In this document: in pieces, positions 36,950-50,732 of the stretch
Layout: every line of letters begins with the position of its first letter
Position numbering within the stretch: the stretch's first letter is position 1
NCBI GenBank assembly: GCA_024704765.1
Contig: JAKMXF010000088.1
Span: 186,001-250,000 of the forward strand
DNA length: 64,000 bases
From: Oopsacas minuta
Lineage: Eukaryota > Animalia > Porifera
Direction of reading: 5' to 3'
Position numbers and translations under genes: made by a program
Notes under the pieces: generated by a model
Told to the model about the DNA's origin: nothing
Seen by the model: only the letters and a program-made list of their open reading frames with translations
Database searches by the model: none

Positions 36950-37663
36950 AAGCCCCCAAATGTACACAAACCACGATTATATACACTGCCCAACACATAC
37001 CAGTGCAACATATGCAACTCCTATGAAATTCTCATAACCAGTAACCAACCTGTACCAGTAATGCCGTGCACAAGACTAAGGATGCTGTATCTCCTACGTT
37101 TACGTTATGGGAAAGACGCAATTAAAGACCCCAACATTTTCATTGGTACCGCCAACACCCAATCAGCCAGCCCCCTGATACGCTCTTGGTCCGTCAAGCT
37201 CATCTCTTCTTCTACCTCTCTTCCCTACAGCTACAACAGGCATCTTCATTACAGAATAATTAGGAACTATCAGTTCACTAACTTTAATGATTTTACCTAA
37301 CTTGCTAATCCCTTGTTCAATAATGTGAGAATTGATTTGGAAATCTAATTCAAAAGATGTAGTAGAGAGAGTCAGTTTATGAAGTTTCTCCTCAATTTCA
37401 GACAAAAACTTGTCCTGCATACTTTTCAATTCATTAGCTGTCACATTTTCAATTTGTTGTTTCATTGAATGAAGCTCTTTCTCAGTTTGTATTCTACTCG
37501 CTACTAAATTATCAAACTCAATCCGATAATCACTGAGCTTAGTTAATAGAGATATCTTTCTACTATGTATAAGCTGAACCAGTTTATCAAATGCATCTTC
37601 TATCTGTTTAGTAACTTCATCAAATTGGTCAGGAGTTTGTATGTTATCAAATCTACTAGCCAT
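36950..37663 (-). pseudogene. Truncated paralog of the NHL gene at 9983..11173
   Basis: Near-identical peptide KLHKLTLSTTSFELDFQINSHIIEQ..VPNYSVMKMPVVAVGK, then a stop after DGPRAYQGAG. Degenerate sequence continues to the hAT terminus. Confidence 0.82.
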
Positions 37664-38950
37664 ATTGATTGATTATCCCAATCTAATTGTACATGTAGTT
37701 ATATACTAAATCGATACCATCAAAAATGCCAGTAAGTGGTTTCCCATTAAACTGTGTCCCAATTAAGCGGAGTTAATGACGAACTGACATGTAGTGTATT
37801 GAGGGGTATCTGTGATTCAAATTTCAACATCTAACATGTAAATTGGCTCAGTGACAAACTTTGTAAATCGAAAATCTAAAAAGATGATAATTGCTTCCTA
37901 ATTTCAATAACTTTTGTTTAACAGTCGAACTTTCCAGAGCCATGCCAGAAATAGCCCTGTAGGCAAAAATTAGCCCTAAGGATTTTCCAGTTTCTTAAAT
38001 CAATTCTGAAGATATAAACATGCTGTTCCAAATTCTCAAAGTATAGTGCGTAACATCTTAGAGGTCGCAACTGGTGGAGTTTATCGGTCGGATCCCGGCA
38101 CGACACGAGGCATTCAGGCCCGACGCATAGCTGCAACATGAGTTAGAATATTTTATAAAATTGAATACAAATTTACAAACTAAATCGTAGAGTCAGAAAC
38201 TATGATTTAATACTGATTTCAATGATGATTTAATTAAGTATAAGGAATGAAAGGAAAGTATTTCAAGGTTTAATGGCCGGTTTATTCGTAACCAGGATAC
38301 GCATTTTCTAGGATCTGGGAACTATGTTCCATAGGTTACTGTGGACAGCAGTATGATTTTCAGCCTGAACAAGATGAGGCACAATATTTTAGTAAGAAAT
38401 CAACTGATGAAAAAAAATTAGGAAATCTTTGGTGAGTATGGCCTCTTTCCTCTGCATCCTGTTCCCTGGTGACTTTAAAATACATACAGTAGAACGTCAG
38501 TTATCCAGAGGTCGGTTAACGGAATGCATGCCCTCGATGGTGTTAGGACAAAATTTGAGAATGGAATGTTGTTACATTCCTGACATATTCATGCGTTGCT
38601 AGGGAAAAAATTCTCAAATACGACGTGAAATCTTTCACTGATTACGAATATCGACATAAAATTAGTCTCGATCCAAACTGAAGGAATGATTTACATTTTA
38701 ATTGTTATATATATGCCCAAAAGTAGCTAAATCAAAACCCTCAAGGGTGACACTTTGTAACCCGGCTGATTATATAGGACTAATCAAGCATCAGAGATGA
38801 TGAATCAACCAAAAAAACATTCTATAGACGTCAATATTACCTGACTATGAAGATCAGATTAAACAAGGGTGAGTACTATAATTAACCATCACATAACAAT
38901 CAGTCACCATAAGCACATACATACATAATCTATTCACTTACTGGGCTAAA

Positions 38951-40093
38951 CTAATCCAGTTCATCGCTATCATCTACAATTTCCTGTCCGGTATCCTCAG
39001 CAACAGGACTAGTTACTACTTCATCTAGATTTCTCTCTACAGCTCTAGCTAGACTAACCAGATCTCCTTCCTGAGCAGCAACTACTGCATCGGGTCCATA
39101 CTCATGCATTAGGGGTGCTAACTGCCGCGAAGCAAATCCTTCACTAAAGAATCCGAGTGCTTGTGCGAATTGTGGTGAACTGAGTAGATCTTTGAGAGGT
39201 TCAGGAGAACCAGGTAACAGAGCTTCTAGTCTGGCCACTGCGTCTCCATCCGAGAGGACTGATTCCAAGGCTTGAGGCGTTATGACTTCAGAAAAGTGAA
39301 CACTTGTCTGTTGATTGAGTAAACTCTCTGGTAGTTGTAATCCAGACACCAGATTCTGAATATCTAATCCTTCTACACCTCTTGAAGCTGTCCCTCCAGC
39401 ACCAGAGGTTTCCTGTATCTGATCGTTCTCAGAACTTCCTGTGCCGCCCTGACTGGAAGGCACACTACCATCGCCGAGAGACTGACCGCTTGAGGAGAAC
39501 AGAGACCGTCCAGTAGAGGCGGAACCGCGAGAGAAGGGATCAGACGGACCCGCGAGAGAAGCATTCATGAACTGTCTGAGCGTGTTTGAACTCGATGAAC
39601 TTTGCATCAGCTGTTCGATTAGATTAGGGTCCATTCCTTCAAACATCCCAGGTAGATCTGAGGAGCGGAGAGAGGAGAGCATCTCCATCATATTATGACT
39701 CCTGTCTGTTTCAGGGGTGGGAGCTGGATTGCTTAGAATATGATTAACCTTCTCAACAAGATCTTTATCTTTATCTTTGCTAGGCTCCTGCATCCAATAC
39801 AGCTGTTTAGATTTAGAGCTAGTTATATACAGGGCGTATACACGACCTGTAGTACAAGCTTCTATGTTCTTAAACACAGCGTCTCCCGGTATGATAGTAA
39901 AGTCGTCCAGTACAACCTTGTTCTCTCTGTTCTGCCAGTAGAAATGGACCAGATGATCTGCTCCTGTTTTGAGGTAGATCAGGCCTTTCTCTTTGCTAGG
40001 CACTGCTCTGTTCTGATTCAGATTAACTTGTCCTGCTCTGAATTCTATCAGGTTTTTATTCGCTGGAACAGCCGAGGGACCGAAGAGAGCCAT
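38951..40093 (-). CDS. ADRM1: Proteasomal ubiquitin receptor ADRM1/Rpn13, intronless CDS
   Basis: PRU domain (LIEFRAG..KGLIY..L.HFYW..GRVY..YWMQEP) and C-terminal DEUBAD (SSPQFAQAL..F...FASRQLAPLM). The ATG is at 40093 (the ORF track began at a TTG). Confidence 0.95.
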   Translation of the reverse strand: MALFGPSAVPANKNLIEFRAGQVNLNQNRAVPSKEKGLIYLKTGADHLVHFYWQNRENKVVLDDFTIIPGDAVFKNIEACTTGRVYALYITSSKSKQLYWMQEPSKDKDKDLVEKVNHILSNPAPTPETDRSHNMMEMLSSLRSSDLPGMFEGMDPNLIEQLMQSSSSSNTLRQFMNASLAGPSDPFSRGSASTGRSLFSSSGQSLGDGSVPSSQGGTGSSENDQIQETSGAGGTASRGVEGLDIQNLVSGLQLPESLLNQQTSVHFSEVITPQALESVLSDGDAVARLEALLPGSPEPLKDLLSSPQFAQALGFFSEGFASRQLAPLMHEYGPDAVVAAQEGDLVSLARAVERNLDEVVTSPVAEDTGQEIVDDSDELD

Positions 40094-40164
40094 CAATAGC
40101 TTCAATCCTATAATCTGCTAATTAGTATACTATAGTAAATTGGATGTGCTTAATTTACGGGACA

Positions 40165-40180
40165 TGACGTGATGTGACGT
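40165..40180. promoter_or_regulatory. Paired TGACGT (CRE/ATF-like) sites upstream of ADRM1
   Basis: tgacgt at 40165 and 40175, about 70-90 bp upstream of the ATG. Function is inferred. Confidence 0.4.
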
Positions 40181-41091
40181 TATGGTAAGCGGTGAGGGTG
40201 ACCGGATAACCAATACTGTTTGAGCATTGGTCTAACGAGGAATCTATGGCGCATTATATTTATAGGTAGTGTGAGAAATAAGCGGTCCCTATTTCCCTGA
40301 ATTGGTTTTCGATATGCTAGCGATTTATTGGCCACAGGGGTCATCAAAATACTTGTGTTTTAGGACTGTAAGTATGTTTGGGGACCCAGATTTAGGGTCA
40401 AAACTTCGAAAATTCGCTAACGATTTCGCCTCTCCCTTCTTATATCGCTCACTCCTTTTGGTGTCCAAGATTCGCGCTTACATCACTGGTTCCAAAAATG
40501 CGATTATATTGTTATATGTAGTACAACTATATATATGCTTTATGGATAAGACGCCTCCAACAATTCCAGCGTTGTTGTTGCAGAGTGTTACTGTAGTGCA
40601 TTTTAGGAACACTGATAGACACGCGTTTTAGGGAACCGAGGGTACCAAAAATCAAGTTATTTAGGGACGGAGAGACACATTAGTGTCAATAGCTACTTCC
40701 TATAATCTATATCCTAATTAGCTTTTCTCAAAGCACACAAGTAAAACATGTGACAAGTAGGATTAAGGATATAACAAATTCCAAATCCACCAAATCCGTA
40801 ATATACGGATTTTGTACGGATTGGGAAATTATTCTCAAATCTATTCTAAAACTTTAAATTACAATGAAATAGTTTTGTGTCTACGAACAGCGATCTTAAT
40901 TCCATTAGTAACAAATATGATAAATGGAGATTTTAGATAATATTAATCAAACAGATATACGCAGACAGAGGACAACATTCATTTTCATTCAAAGTATTCT
41001 ATCAGACTATTAGTGTGGATTTGTAAAGCAATTATTTGGATCTAAAATGTATATTTGAAATTCTATGCGAATTCATACGGAATCGTAAATA

Positions 41092-41243
41092 CAGTAGAAC
41101 TCGGATAAGACGTACCCCCTCGGGAAACAGAAATTAGTACGTCTTATCCGAATATGTTTGCATTACAAATAATGATGGCTGATATTTTGGGATGTAAGAA
41201 ATAGTACGTCTTAAGTCGAGTACGCCTTATCCGAGTTCTACTG
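41092..41243. mobile_element. Tc1/mariner (Tigger-like) MITE
   Basis: 24-bp TIR cagtagaactcggataag(a/g)cgtac with one mismatch, flanked by TA on both sides. Confidence 0.92.
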
Positions 41244-41992
41244 TATATGGATTTTTGAAAATCATCTATGCATTATTGACTGAATAATGGAATGGAAATT
41301 CTGGATGAGAGGGATTATGGCCTGGATTTGGATAAGGATTCCGATCCATCCGACCCTCTGGCTGCAAGGTTTAACTGATAATTGCTTAGGAAATTTGTAG
41401 CAGTTGCTAACAGTAAATAGCCAAATTGGCTGTTTACAGCATTTTCACCATTCCTGGATATCTCATATCTACCAAGGGCGTAGACACCGGGGGGGGTTGG
41501 GGTCTTCAGCCACCTCCCCCAAGTTTTAAGCTCATGCACAGGATTTGATCTATCCACCTTATGGGACACAGTTAGCCCTCCCCCTCTTGAGAATGGCTAG
41601 TATCTAATGAATCGTTAAATATACCTCTGTAGCATAGATCATAAATTTTAGAATATTTATGGATATTAGGCGATATCTTTAGAATATGAATGCATATACT
41701 ACAAGCGAATATGAATGTTATAATAATTATTGAAGAACCTAGTTTAGAGTCAGCATTACTATACAAGTACACCCTTGATTATCCGAATACCTTCGTCATA
41801 AACTTTCAATATGAGTATTCGGATAAGTGAAATAGCGTATTTTCCTATATGAAATTCACAGCGCAGGGATAACTGAATTGAGGATTTGTAATTTGGAATA
41901 TTAGACTGCATATTTATTGCAATTAGTAACTATAATGATCACATCTCCGAAACCTAGTACTAAAGTATAGTGACCTTTAGCTTTGAGATGAA

Positions 41993-42134
41993 CAGGGACG
42001 TAGGAAGCAAAAAATTATTGGTACGGCGAGGTACAGTGTATTGGTGCGGCATTCACACATATCGCCATTATTAATAATAATAGAAAATCTGAATTATTGG
42101 TGCGGCGAGCGCCGCACCGGCTCCTACGGCCCTG
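41993..42134. mobile_element. Short hAT-type MITE
   Basis: TIRs cagggacgtaggaagc / (reverse complement) cagggccgtaggagcc and an internal tattggtgcggc repeat. No TSD seen. Confidence 0.6.
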
Positions 42135-42245
42135 AAGAAATTTGAACAATTTCACAAACTAAATATATTCTTCGGTGAATCGAGGTATTGCTATCATTAG
42201 AAACTCCAAATGCTCACTAGTTTTCTAAAACTTATTGCCATAGGT

Positions 42246-44119
42246 CAGTGGTTCTCAAACTGGGGTACGCCAGCACTTTTCTTAGGGGTGTTTCACCTAA
42301 TCATATCAATTCTGTAATAATCATATACAAATATTTCGAGTTACATGCCATCATGTCAACAGACTCAGCAGATAGAAGTAAATTCATGCCAAATAATTAA
42401 CATCTATCAGTCGCAATGGTTTCATCACTAATTATCAGTTATCACCTTTGAATATTTATTGTTTGAGGTTATGCTAATTAAGGATTCCATTGTCGTACAT
42501 GTGTGTCAACTCATATTGATTTAAATATCACACCCACCCGTGTATCGTATTGTTCTTATAAAATGGAATAAAATGGAAATTGGAAGAGTATTTCTTTGAG
42601 ACCTTGACTTTATTACCAAATTCATATGGAATCTGCTAAGAAACGGAAATATAATGAAGATTATATCAAATATGTATTTACATCCATACTTAAAGAGGGA
42701 CAAGGAACTACCACAATGTGTAATATGTTATAAGGTGCTATCTGAGGGCTCGATGAAACCAAGTTTTCTAAAACGCCATTTAAGCGGGTGCCACCCAAAT
42801 CTTGCAGAGTAGGATATAGATTTCTTCAAGCACCAAGAAGTAAGAGTAAAGCGAATCCGTCTAGATCACAGAGGATAATTCAGTCAACAGACTCAAGCAG
42901 GCCTTCGTGCCTCGTATATGGTGGTTTTGCGAATCGCTCAAGAAAAGAAACCACATACAATAGCAGAAAATCTTATACTGCCCTGTTGCAAGGACATCGT
43001 GCACTGCATTTTGGGAGATATGGCGGAAAAGAAACTCACCTCTCTGCCTCTCTTCAACGACACAATCAAGCGCCGAATCACAGATATGGCAGATGACGTT
43101 GAGCAGCAGGTAGTTGCTGAGATTTTGGAAGCCCTGTTGAACACGTTTTCAATTTAACTTGATGAGTCAACAGACGTTTCTAGTTGTGCACAACTATTGG
43201 TATTTGCACGGTACATCAAAGACGGGGACTTTAAGGAAGAGTTCCTATTTTTCCATTGCTTGGAAACAACTACAAAAGGAGAAGAGTCTGATAGAATGGG
43301 ACTAACCTGAAAGAAAGTTTCTGCTTGCACAGCAGATGGTGCTCCTGCTATGCTTGGAATTCATTCGGGATTTCGAGCTCGAGTAAAGACAGTGAATCCC
43401 ATTTCGAATCACTGTATGATACATCGATACACTCTTGCGTCTAAAACAATTCCATCCGATCTAAAACTTGATCTTGATGATGTTTAAGAGGGTACTACAG
43501 ATTGAAATATAGGTGCTCTAGTAAAGGCTCACTTCTCAGCATTGCGAATTGAATTTCAAACTTATTTCCTAGATCTCAGCGATCTGGACATGAAAATGAT
43601 TCGAAATCCATATAGATGCGATGTAAGTTCTATACCACACAGAGTCCAAGAGGAATTTGTTGAATTAGTCAATGATTCTAATGCCCGAGATCAATTTGAA
43701 ACACTTGCACTCACAAAGTTCTGGTGCGAAATGAGCTTTATATATCCCAACTTGGCTGGTAGAGCAGTAAAACTTTGTTGATGTTTCCCAGTACTAACCT
43801 TTGTGAGCAAGGATTTTCAGCACTATTACTAATATAAAAACAAATTTCTTGCGCGGTTGTCTGTGGAAGCTGATCTCCGTCTGGCCCTTTCAATAATGGT
43901 GCCTCGATTTGATAGCCTGAAACACAACATGCAAGCACATCTTTCCCACTAATTAATTATGTACTGTATGTATATGGTTAGATTAAAAAATTTTATTTTT
44001 CACAACTGGGTAAAGGGATTGTAACCCTAACATTTACAATACAAGGAAATTTAAGGGGTGCATCACACACAAGATCCTGCTTGAGGGGTACGCAATGAGA
44101 AAAAGTTTGAGAACCACTG
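42246..44119 (+). mobile_element. hAT Buster/Charlie (ZBED5/ZBED8/SCAND3-like) transposon, defective
   Basis: Perfect TIR cagtggttctcaaact and 8-bp TSD ccataggt (42238-45 and 44120-27), which fits the nnnTAnnn consensus. Frameshifted transposase from the ATG at 42626 (KRKYNEDY, PQCVIC, KPHTIAENLILP, DESTDVS, DGAPAM). Confidence 0.95.
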
Positions 44120-44223
44120 CCATAGGTGCTGGAAGGGTGTTATCCAGGTTTATGCGATGCGCCTACGTTTTGGCGGGACGTACCGAAAACGGGAAAGTTA
44201 GCAAGTATGTAACAGATTATATT

Positions 44224-44242
44224 TGACGTAATTATGACGTCA
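44224..44242. promoter_or_regulatory. Paired TGACGT/TGACGTCA sites upstream of fascin
   Basis: tgacgt at 44224 and a full palindrome tgacgtca at 44235, about 290 bp upstream of the ATG. Function is inferred. Confidence 0.4.
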
Positions 44243-44532
44243 GAATTGTGGTTGATTTACTGTAATCTCAATTATCATAATTATTGATGTTAAAATCGCC
44301 ATAGACACCAAATAATTTATGGAGAAATGCTTACAGTAAATAATTGCATATGATATGATTATGTTAATGGTGAAGCATTCTGGGCTGAAGCCAATCTCTG
44401 CAATAAGCCTACTATTCATAGCTTACCTCCCAGGTCGTAATAAATATCCTAAATTGTATAAAGGTATTAGGCTCGTCTTAGAAATTATTCTACAATTCAC
44501 AATTATATTTCCTTATTTCAAAATTAGTTACC

Positions 44533-47500
44533 ATGGCGTCTCAACAAGCTGGTCTCCTCGAAGGATTCAATGAGACTTTGAAGTGGACATTTGGACTGAT
44601 AAACCATCAAGGGAAATACCTCACTTGCGAGCAATTCCAGGCTAGAGTTAGCGTAGGGGGAGCTACTCTCAGGAAGAAACAGGTGTGGACACTTGAACCA
44701 CAAGACAATGGGAAAGTCGCTTTCAAGAATTATTTGAACAAATACCTAGGAGCTGATAAGGACGGGAAAGTAACCGGAGATTCTGATGACGTAGATACTA
44801 ACAATAATTTTGAAATAATCACTCAAGGTGAGTAGTTCTTGTTTTTATAGTTTATCGATTATTTCTAAAATGGATACCCGAATCGGATATTGTAATGCAT
44901 GCAGGTCCAAACGTCCACAAACCAAAATGGACACAAACGTAGTTGCCAGTGGGTTGGTTTGAATGGGGTTGTAGTTCTTGAAGCAGATCCAGGCCTGCCC
45001 AATGGCTATGGACTGTTGTGAGGATTTTTCAGGGGTGCCACCATACGGTCTTCCGCCCCTGCTTTCTGGGGCATTTGAGTTAGAATCGGGTTCACTTTTC
45101 TAAAATCGAGGCGAAAAACTTTACCCCATTCCACATACTAAAGGGTCGCCTACAAATTCACAAATTGACTTGGTATGAAACGGCGACTAGTACGAGTTGA
45201 AATATGGTATAGTTGACTGGCAATCCTTGAGGCAGCAATATCTTCCGATAATCAAGGCCTCTTTTTGACCAACTGAAACCGAAGACTGATACTCTGCAGG
45301 GCCGATCTCAGGAATTTTTGATGGGGGTGTAACCAAAATTTGAGAACTCTAAATTGTGAATTGAAAACGTGTTATCAAAAAGCCACCAAGTAGACATCAT
45401 AAAAGTGGGAGTCAGAGGGGAGGACAGAGGATTTGAATAGGGACTTAACGTGTGCGAGTGTAGCGAGCGAATGTTACTATCCGAATCAGCGTAGCGGATC
45501 AAATGTTTGTTCATTGCGTTATGTCAATGCTAATACATCAAATACAGTCGAAACCGATACCGATTTTCCTTCGGTTTTAAATGGGTACGAGTTAACCTCA
45601 AAAATTAGTACCAGTTGATATTAAGTACGAGTGATTGGCTCCATAATCTTCTCTGAATATAATCTCAATCTGATTTGAATTTGTATAGATAATTTGGTAG
45701 CAAAAGTTTAAATTAACATTTGAAGACTAGTGAACAACCTCACTGTCGACAACTTAGACTTGAGAAGCCCATTTAAAGTAGTCATCTTCACCAAATGATC
45801 CATAAATATGCCAAATGAAATCTAAATTTTACCGACTGGAATTGAAATTTGTCAACTGTGAGAAAATAGTGGGGTATCACACCCCCCACACCCCTCGTTG
45901 GAACGGCCCTAAATTCCTAAATATTATCTTGAACCGAATATTGAACTATTAGGTTGCAACCTTGATCATTTAATGTGTATATACTGTAATTATACTTCTT
46001 ACTATAGATGATGGACGAGTCGCTTTGAAGAGCTTGCATGGTCGCTACCTTAACGGTACTGACGATAAGATGGACTGCTACATGCTGGAAATCAAACCAG
46101 AAGCTCTGTGGACTATTCACTTAGCTATCCACCCTCAGATCAATCTCAGGAATGTGAACAGACGGACTTATGCTCACTATGTAGAGGAGAACGGTAACAA
46201 GTCCATCAAGGTAACATGAGTTTGTAATTACACAACTTACCGTAAATCCCTGAATACACGCTAGAGGTGATGCTATAGGGAATTGAAATTAACCTTAGTT
46301 TATACTCCTGAATAGTCGCCTGTTGCAATATACCCCTGGGGCTTATTCAGAGAAAAACAGTCATCTTATAATGTGGTTACTAAGTCCATTCTTCGAAAAA
46401 ATAATGTTTGGTTTTGCATTTGACTATTGTAATATTTAACTCTGTGCAAGTATTAATTTCCACGGTTTCCTGTTGTACGTATTAACGAGGGTCTATTCTA
46501 TTATCTCAAATTTGCATCTAGCTTATAATTATTAGTGAATTTATTATCTGACTCCACTTCACTGATTCATTCAAATTTTGATGACGAAAATTTACCAAAG
46601 GTGATTTAGTTTCGGAAGTTTTTTTATAAATTGAACTAGAAATTCTGGATTTTTGTGAATGATTTTTGACTTACTAATCTTCCTGTGAATTATAATATTA
46701 TCCCCCAACTGGAATTTAGCTGTCTCCAAATTTGCATGTGAAATCCTGGATCCTCTGATCCTATTTATTTCATTTCTATTGTTTGTGTATTATTGATAAC
46801 TTTGATTATACTATCATTATTATTATTTTACAATTATAATAGGTTAGTGAGGAGGTACCTTGGGGATCTGATGCTATGCTTATACTAGAATTTCATAACG
46901 GGAAGTATGCTATCCGTACATTCAATGGACTCTATCTTGTCAAGGATGGAACTCTGACTGAGGAGCTGAGTGAGTAGATTAATCAATATTCTATTTTATT
47001 CGGGGTTAATTACCTCTCTCCACATGAGTTTTACTTACAATTTTTAGGCTGTGAAATTTCAGATATATTCAGGTGTATTTCCATTCAGGTTCTATGAGTT
47101 TGCATTCCCGCTAATCTCAGTTATTTTCTTGGAGAAATCTCCAATTTACAATTTCTTGTTAGAATAGTGAATTGCCTATCTCTCATTGTAAAAGAGTAAA
47201 TCGCTCTATCTTGTCTATTGATTTTACAGTTATATTTATTCCTAACAATAATTTACACATATCTTCGTATATATACGATTGTTTTCAATAGTTTTATGTG
47301 TTAGAGTTAGACCGATTTGGAATTCAAATAATTTTCTCCATTTTTGAAACGTCATTACCAACCAAGTATCATTACTGATTCTACAGTGATAATAATGTTG
47401 GTAATGACGTCACAATTCTATATCTTATTTATTGTGAGTAATGTTGTATAGCTGATGACTGTCTATATGTTCTCGTATTCAGAGAGGGTCAGGTTGCCTT

Positions 47501-50500
47501 TAAGGATAAAGACCAGCTATTCCTTACAGCTGTTGGCATAACAGCAACTATGCAGTCTAGGAATGCTCAGGTCACGAAAGATGAGCTCTTCCTTCTGGAG
47601 GATTCTCACCCACAGGCGAAGTTTATGGCATCAACTGGCAAATACTGTTCTATTCGTGGGAATACCATTGAAGTACAAGCTAAACAGGTATAATTGATTG
47701 TGTAAATGAATAACTTGTAGTTATTCGTAAACCCTAGAAGAACGCTTAATCAATATTAATGGCTTATTTACATTATGCGCTATCATTTATTGGGGAATTA
47801 GAATTATATTAAAGATGATTCCTTTCTTATACAGAAATTGTAAGATTACAAATATCACAGATTCCTCTCTAACATATTTCATTCTGTGTAACTGTATATC
47901 GTTGCTTTGATTGAAAGAATTTACCAAGAAGTATTTTGAATTCATTCAAATCTTTGCAATTCAATGCTTAACTCATTGAAGAGATCACTAAGTACTTAAT
48001 AATGTATCTAACATTGTTCTGTTCTCATCATGTTTCATAGTAGAGTTCAGTAGTTTAATATTCCATCTGAACTTTATACAGCATAATTAGCTGATTGGAT
48101 TCTACACAATATACAAATGTAAAATGATTTGGAAATATTCCTTTTAAATTATAAAGGCTTTTTCTGTGATGAATTATTAAGGGATATTAACAAATCTATA
48201 TTATGTAATTACGGATAAGTCTTGAACTGAAATTTTGATACTAACATTTGGTTCCAGATATATACATTTAATCACATATTTTTTGAGGCACTGTTCTAGT
48301 GGTTGGAATAGGGATATACTATGGATTAATAGAATGTCATTGAACGAAATGTCAAACTTCATATCTGGATATCGGCTGTATTATGCAGAGTCTACTTTAC
48401 TTAATATTTTCACATTTCAACCTCCTATCCATGGTATTTGTACTTTAGGATGGAACTCAAGACGATGAGATATTTCAGCTTGAGGCTATAGATCGCACAG
48501 ACATGTCAGGGAATTGTAAGTGGGCTATCCGTGGTAGGAACAAAAAGTACTGGCAGTTAGGAGCTGGTACATGTAACATTGTATGTGACGCGCCCAACTT
48601 CTCAGAAGCAAAATCACACTTTTGTATAGAATGGCTTGGAGCTCAGGTATGTCATGCTGATATTCTTATTAATTTATACCTTAAAGTAGTTTGGTAGTGA
48701 TTTTTCATTATATACCATTGCCTGAGAAACTTCCCTATGACTCGTATACTTCATTATATCTAGTAATAACTTGTATTTCCGTTACATACGATCAACCAGA
48801 ATAGGAATAATTATATAATTATTCTACCATAATTCACCCCGTTTCTAGTATCCATAGTCCAAAAATGATTGATTCCCAATGGAGCTGCATTTGATCTATT
48901 TCCTTAGTTTATAGGATATAGCGTAATGTTATTCATTATTCTACGGTTCCTGTGTATAGATTACTATGAAAGCGGACAATGGACAATACGTCCTGATGAA
49001 GAGGAATGGACAGCTGAGTGCTACCAGTCCTGACACAGTTGAAGATGCTAAGTTTGTGTTTGAGTTTATCAACAGACCTAGACTAATTCTCAGATGTGAG
49101 AACGGATTTGTAGGACAGAAGGTTGCTAATCCACAGCTAGAATGCACAAGGTTTGTATTAGAGCTTTCCCCTGAGAAAATACGATACAATTGTGTTCACA
49201 TCGTGTTGGGCTGAATAATTCGTGTTTCGTGTTACATCATGTTTTGTATCATGTTACATCTTCAACAACACATATTCTAGTTGTATGAAATCTCTATGTG
49301 TAAATTAATGCCGATTATTTATAATACACAGCAAAAAATACTGTCAATACTATGCATGGTGTCTTGTTATTCACAATCATGGGAAAATCGAAAACATAAA
49401 CATAACTTAAGATTTCACGATAAATTTAGGAGTTTGAAAATATGACCATGGATGAAATAGCGAGTATATACATTAGTACACATATACAGTAATTACTATA
49501 TTTCCTAGTTCATAATTTCCCGGACTACTATTCGAGTAAATAATGTATTTATCATATTTTGTGGTATTAGGTCAGTCTACGATATTTTTGAAGTACATGA
49601 TAATAAGGGTGTCTACCGTCTGAAGGGGAAAGAAGGATGGTGGAACATTCAAGCTGACAATACCTTCACCACAAATGGAGCAAATCCCCAAGTAAGTATT
49701 ATGTAAGGGCATTTTCGTCGACAGACTTTAGAATTCCTTCCTTCTTGATTGGGGAAATATTAATTTGAGTCTCAGCTTTTTACGCATCCATATACACCTT
49801 GATATTATGAATTGAACTTTATACTATTTGATTATTCGTGCCTCGAGTTAATAATATAGCAGAAATGTCAAGATTTTATTATCCATGGTCCATCAAATTT
49901 CAGTTAATGGCCTTCTGTGGTGACGGTGGAGATGCTATGTCGCTTTTGGTTAGTAATATCGGCACTTCGCCTCGGCTATTAAGAAATTCGGAAAAATGTG
50001 GATTGTTTGTACAGTCATGATGACGTAATAATTCCATGATGAGTTTGTATTTGGTCAAAATCATGACGTCAAGACATTTGGCACATTGAGGGGTACCTGT
50101 GATTCAAATATCAAATTTCTATCATGTATATTGGCTGAGCAGTGGTTAATAAAGTGATTTTTGAAAATCCAAAAAGTGACAATGACGTCATAGGTATGAA
50201 TTTTCGCCCAAGACTCGAATATGTCCAAGCCAGGCCCAAAGCACCCCTGTATGCCAAATTCAGCCCTTGGGGTCTTCCTGTTTCTTCAATCAATTCCGAA
50301 CATACAAACATGGATTAATCTCGTTCCATATAGATTAATTCGTATAATAGCTTTGTCCGAATACACGATCTATCCCTTCGAGCTAAAAGCGCCTCTGTCT
50401 CTATCGTATTGTAAATCTCATTGGCGGAATTTAACGATAATCGGTAGATTTTGGATAATTTTAATACTTATATATAAGCCAACGGTTATTGCTCTATAAT

Positions 50501-50732
50501 TATTACGTGAACACGGAACGGCTGTGTTCGTAAATTCATGTTACTGTATAATTCATAATTATGACGTAATATATTTGTAATCTTTTAGGACTTCTTCTTT
50601 GAGTTACGAGCACACACACGTATGTGTATCGTAGCCAATAATGGCAAGTACATTTTGGGTGAGAACAATGGAGTTTTCTCTGCAACCGCAGAGAAAGGCA
50701 CTGTTAACATGAAGACGCTCTGGGAGTACTAA
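44533..50732 (+). CDS. FSCN: Fascin, 8 exons: join(44533..44827,46008..46210,46843..46969,47452..47687,48449..48646,48960..49150,49571..49691,50589..50732), 504 aa
   Basis: All introns are GT-AG with compatible phases (1,0,1,0,0,2,0). The product aligns to fascin throughout: FGLIN..KYLT, LRKKQVWTLE, DDGR, HPQIN, VPWGSD, KDELF.LE, KRNGQL, INRP and the C-terminal LWEY. Confidence 0.95.

Noticed and set aside
39373-40099. Short ORFs overlapping ADRM1, and similar shadow ORFs within the MACPF, ankyrin, NHL and transposase genes
   Set aside because: They are antisense or alternate-frame by-products of real CDSs, often starting at TTG/GTG, with no independent motifs.
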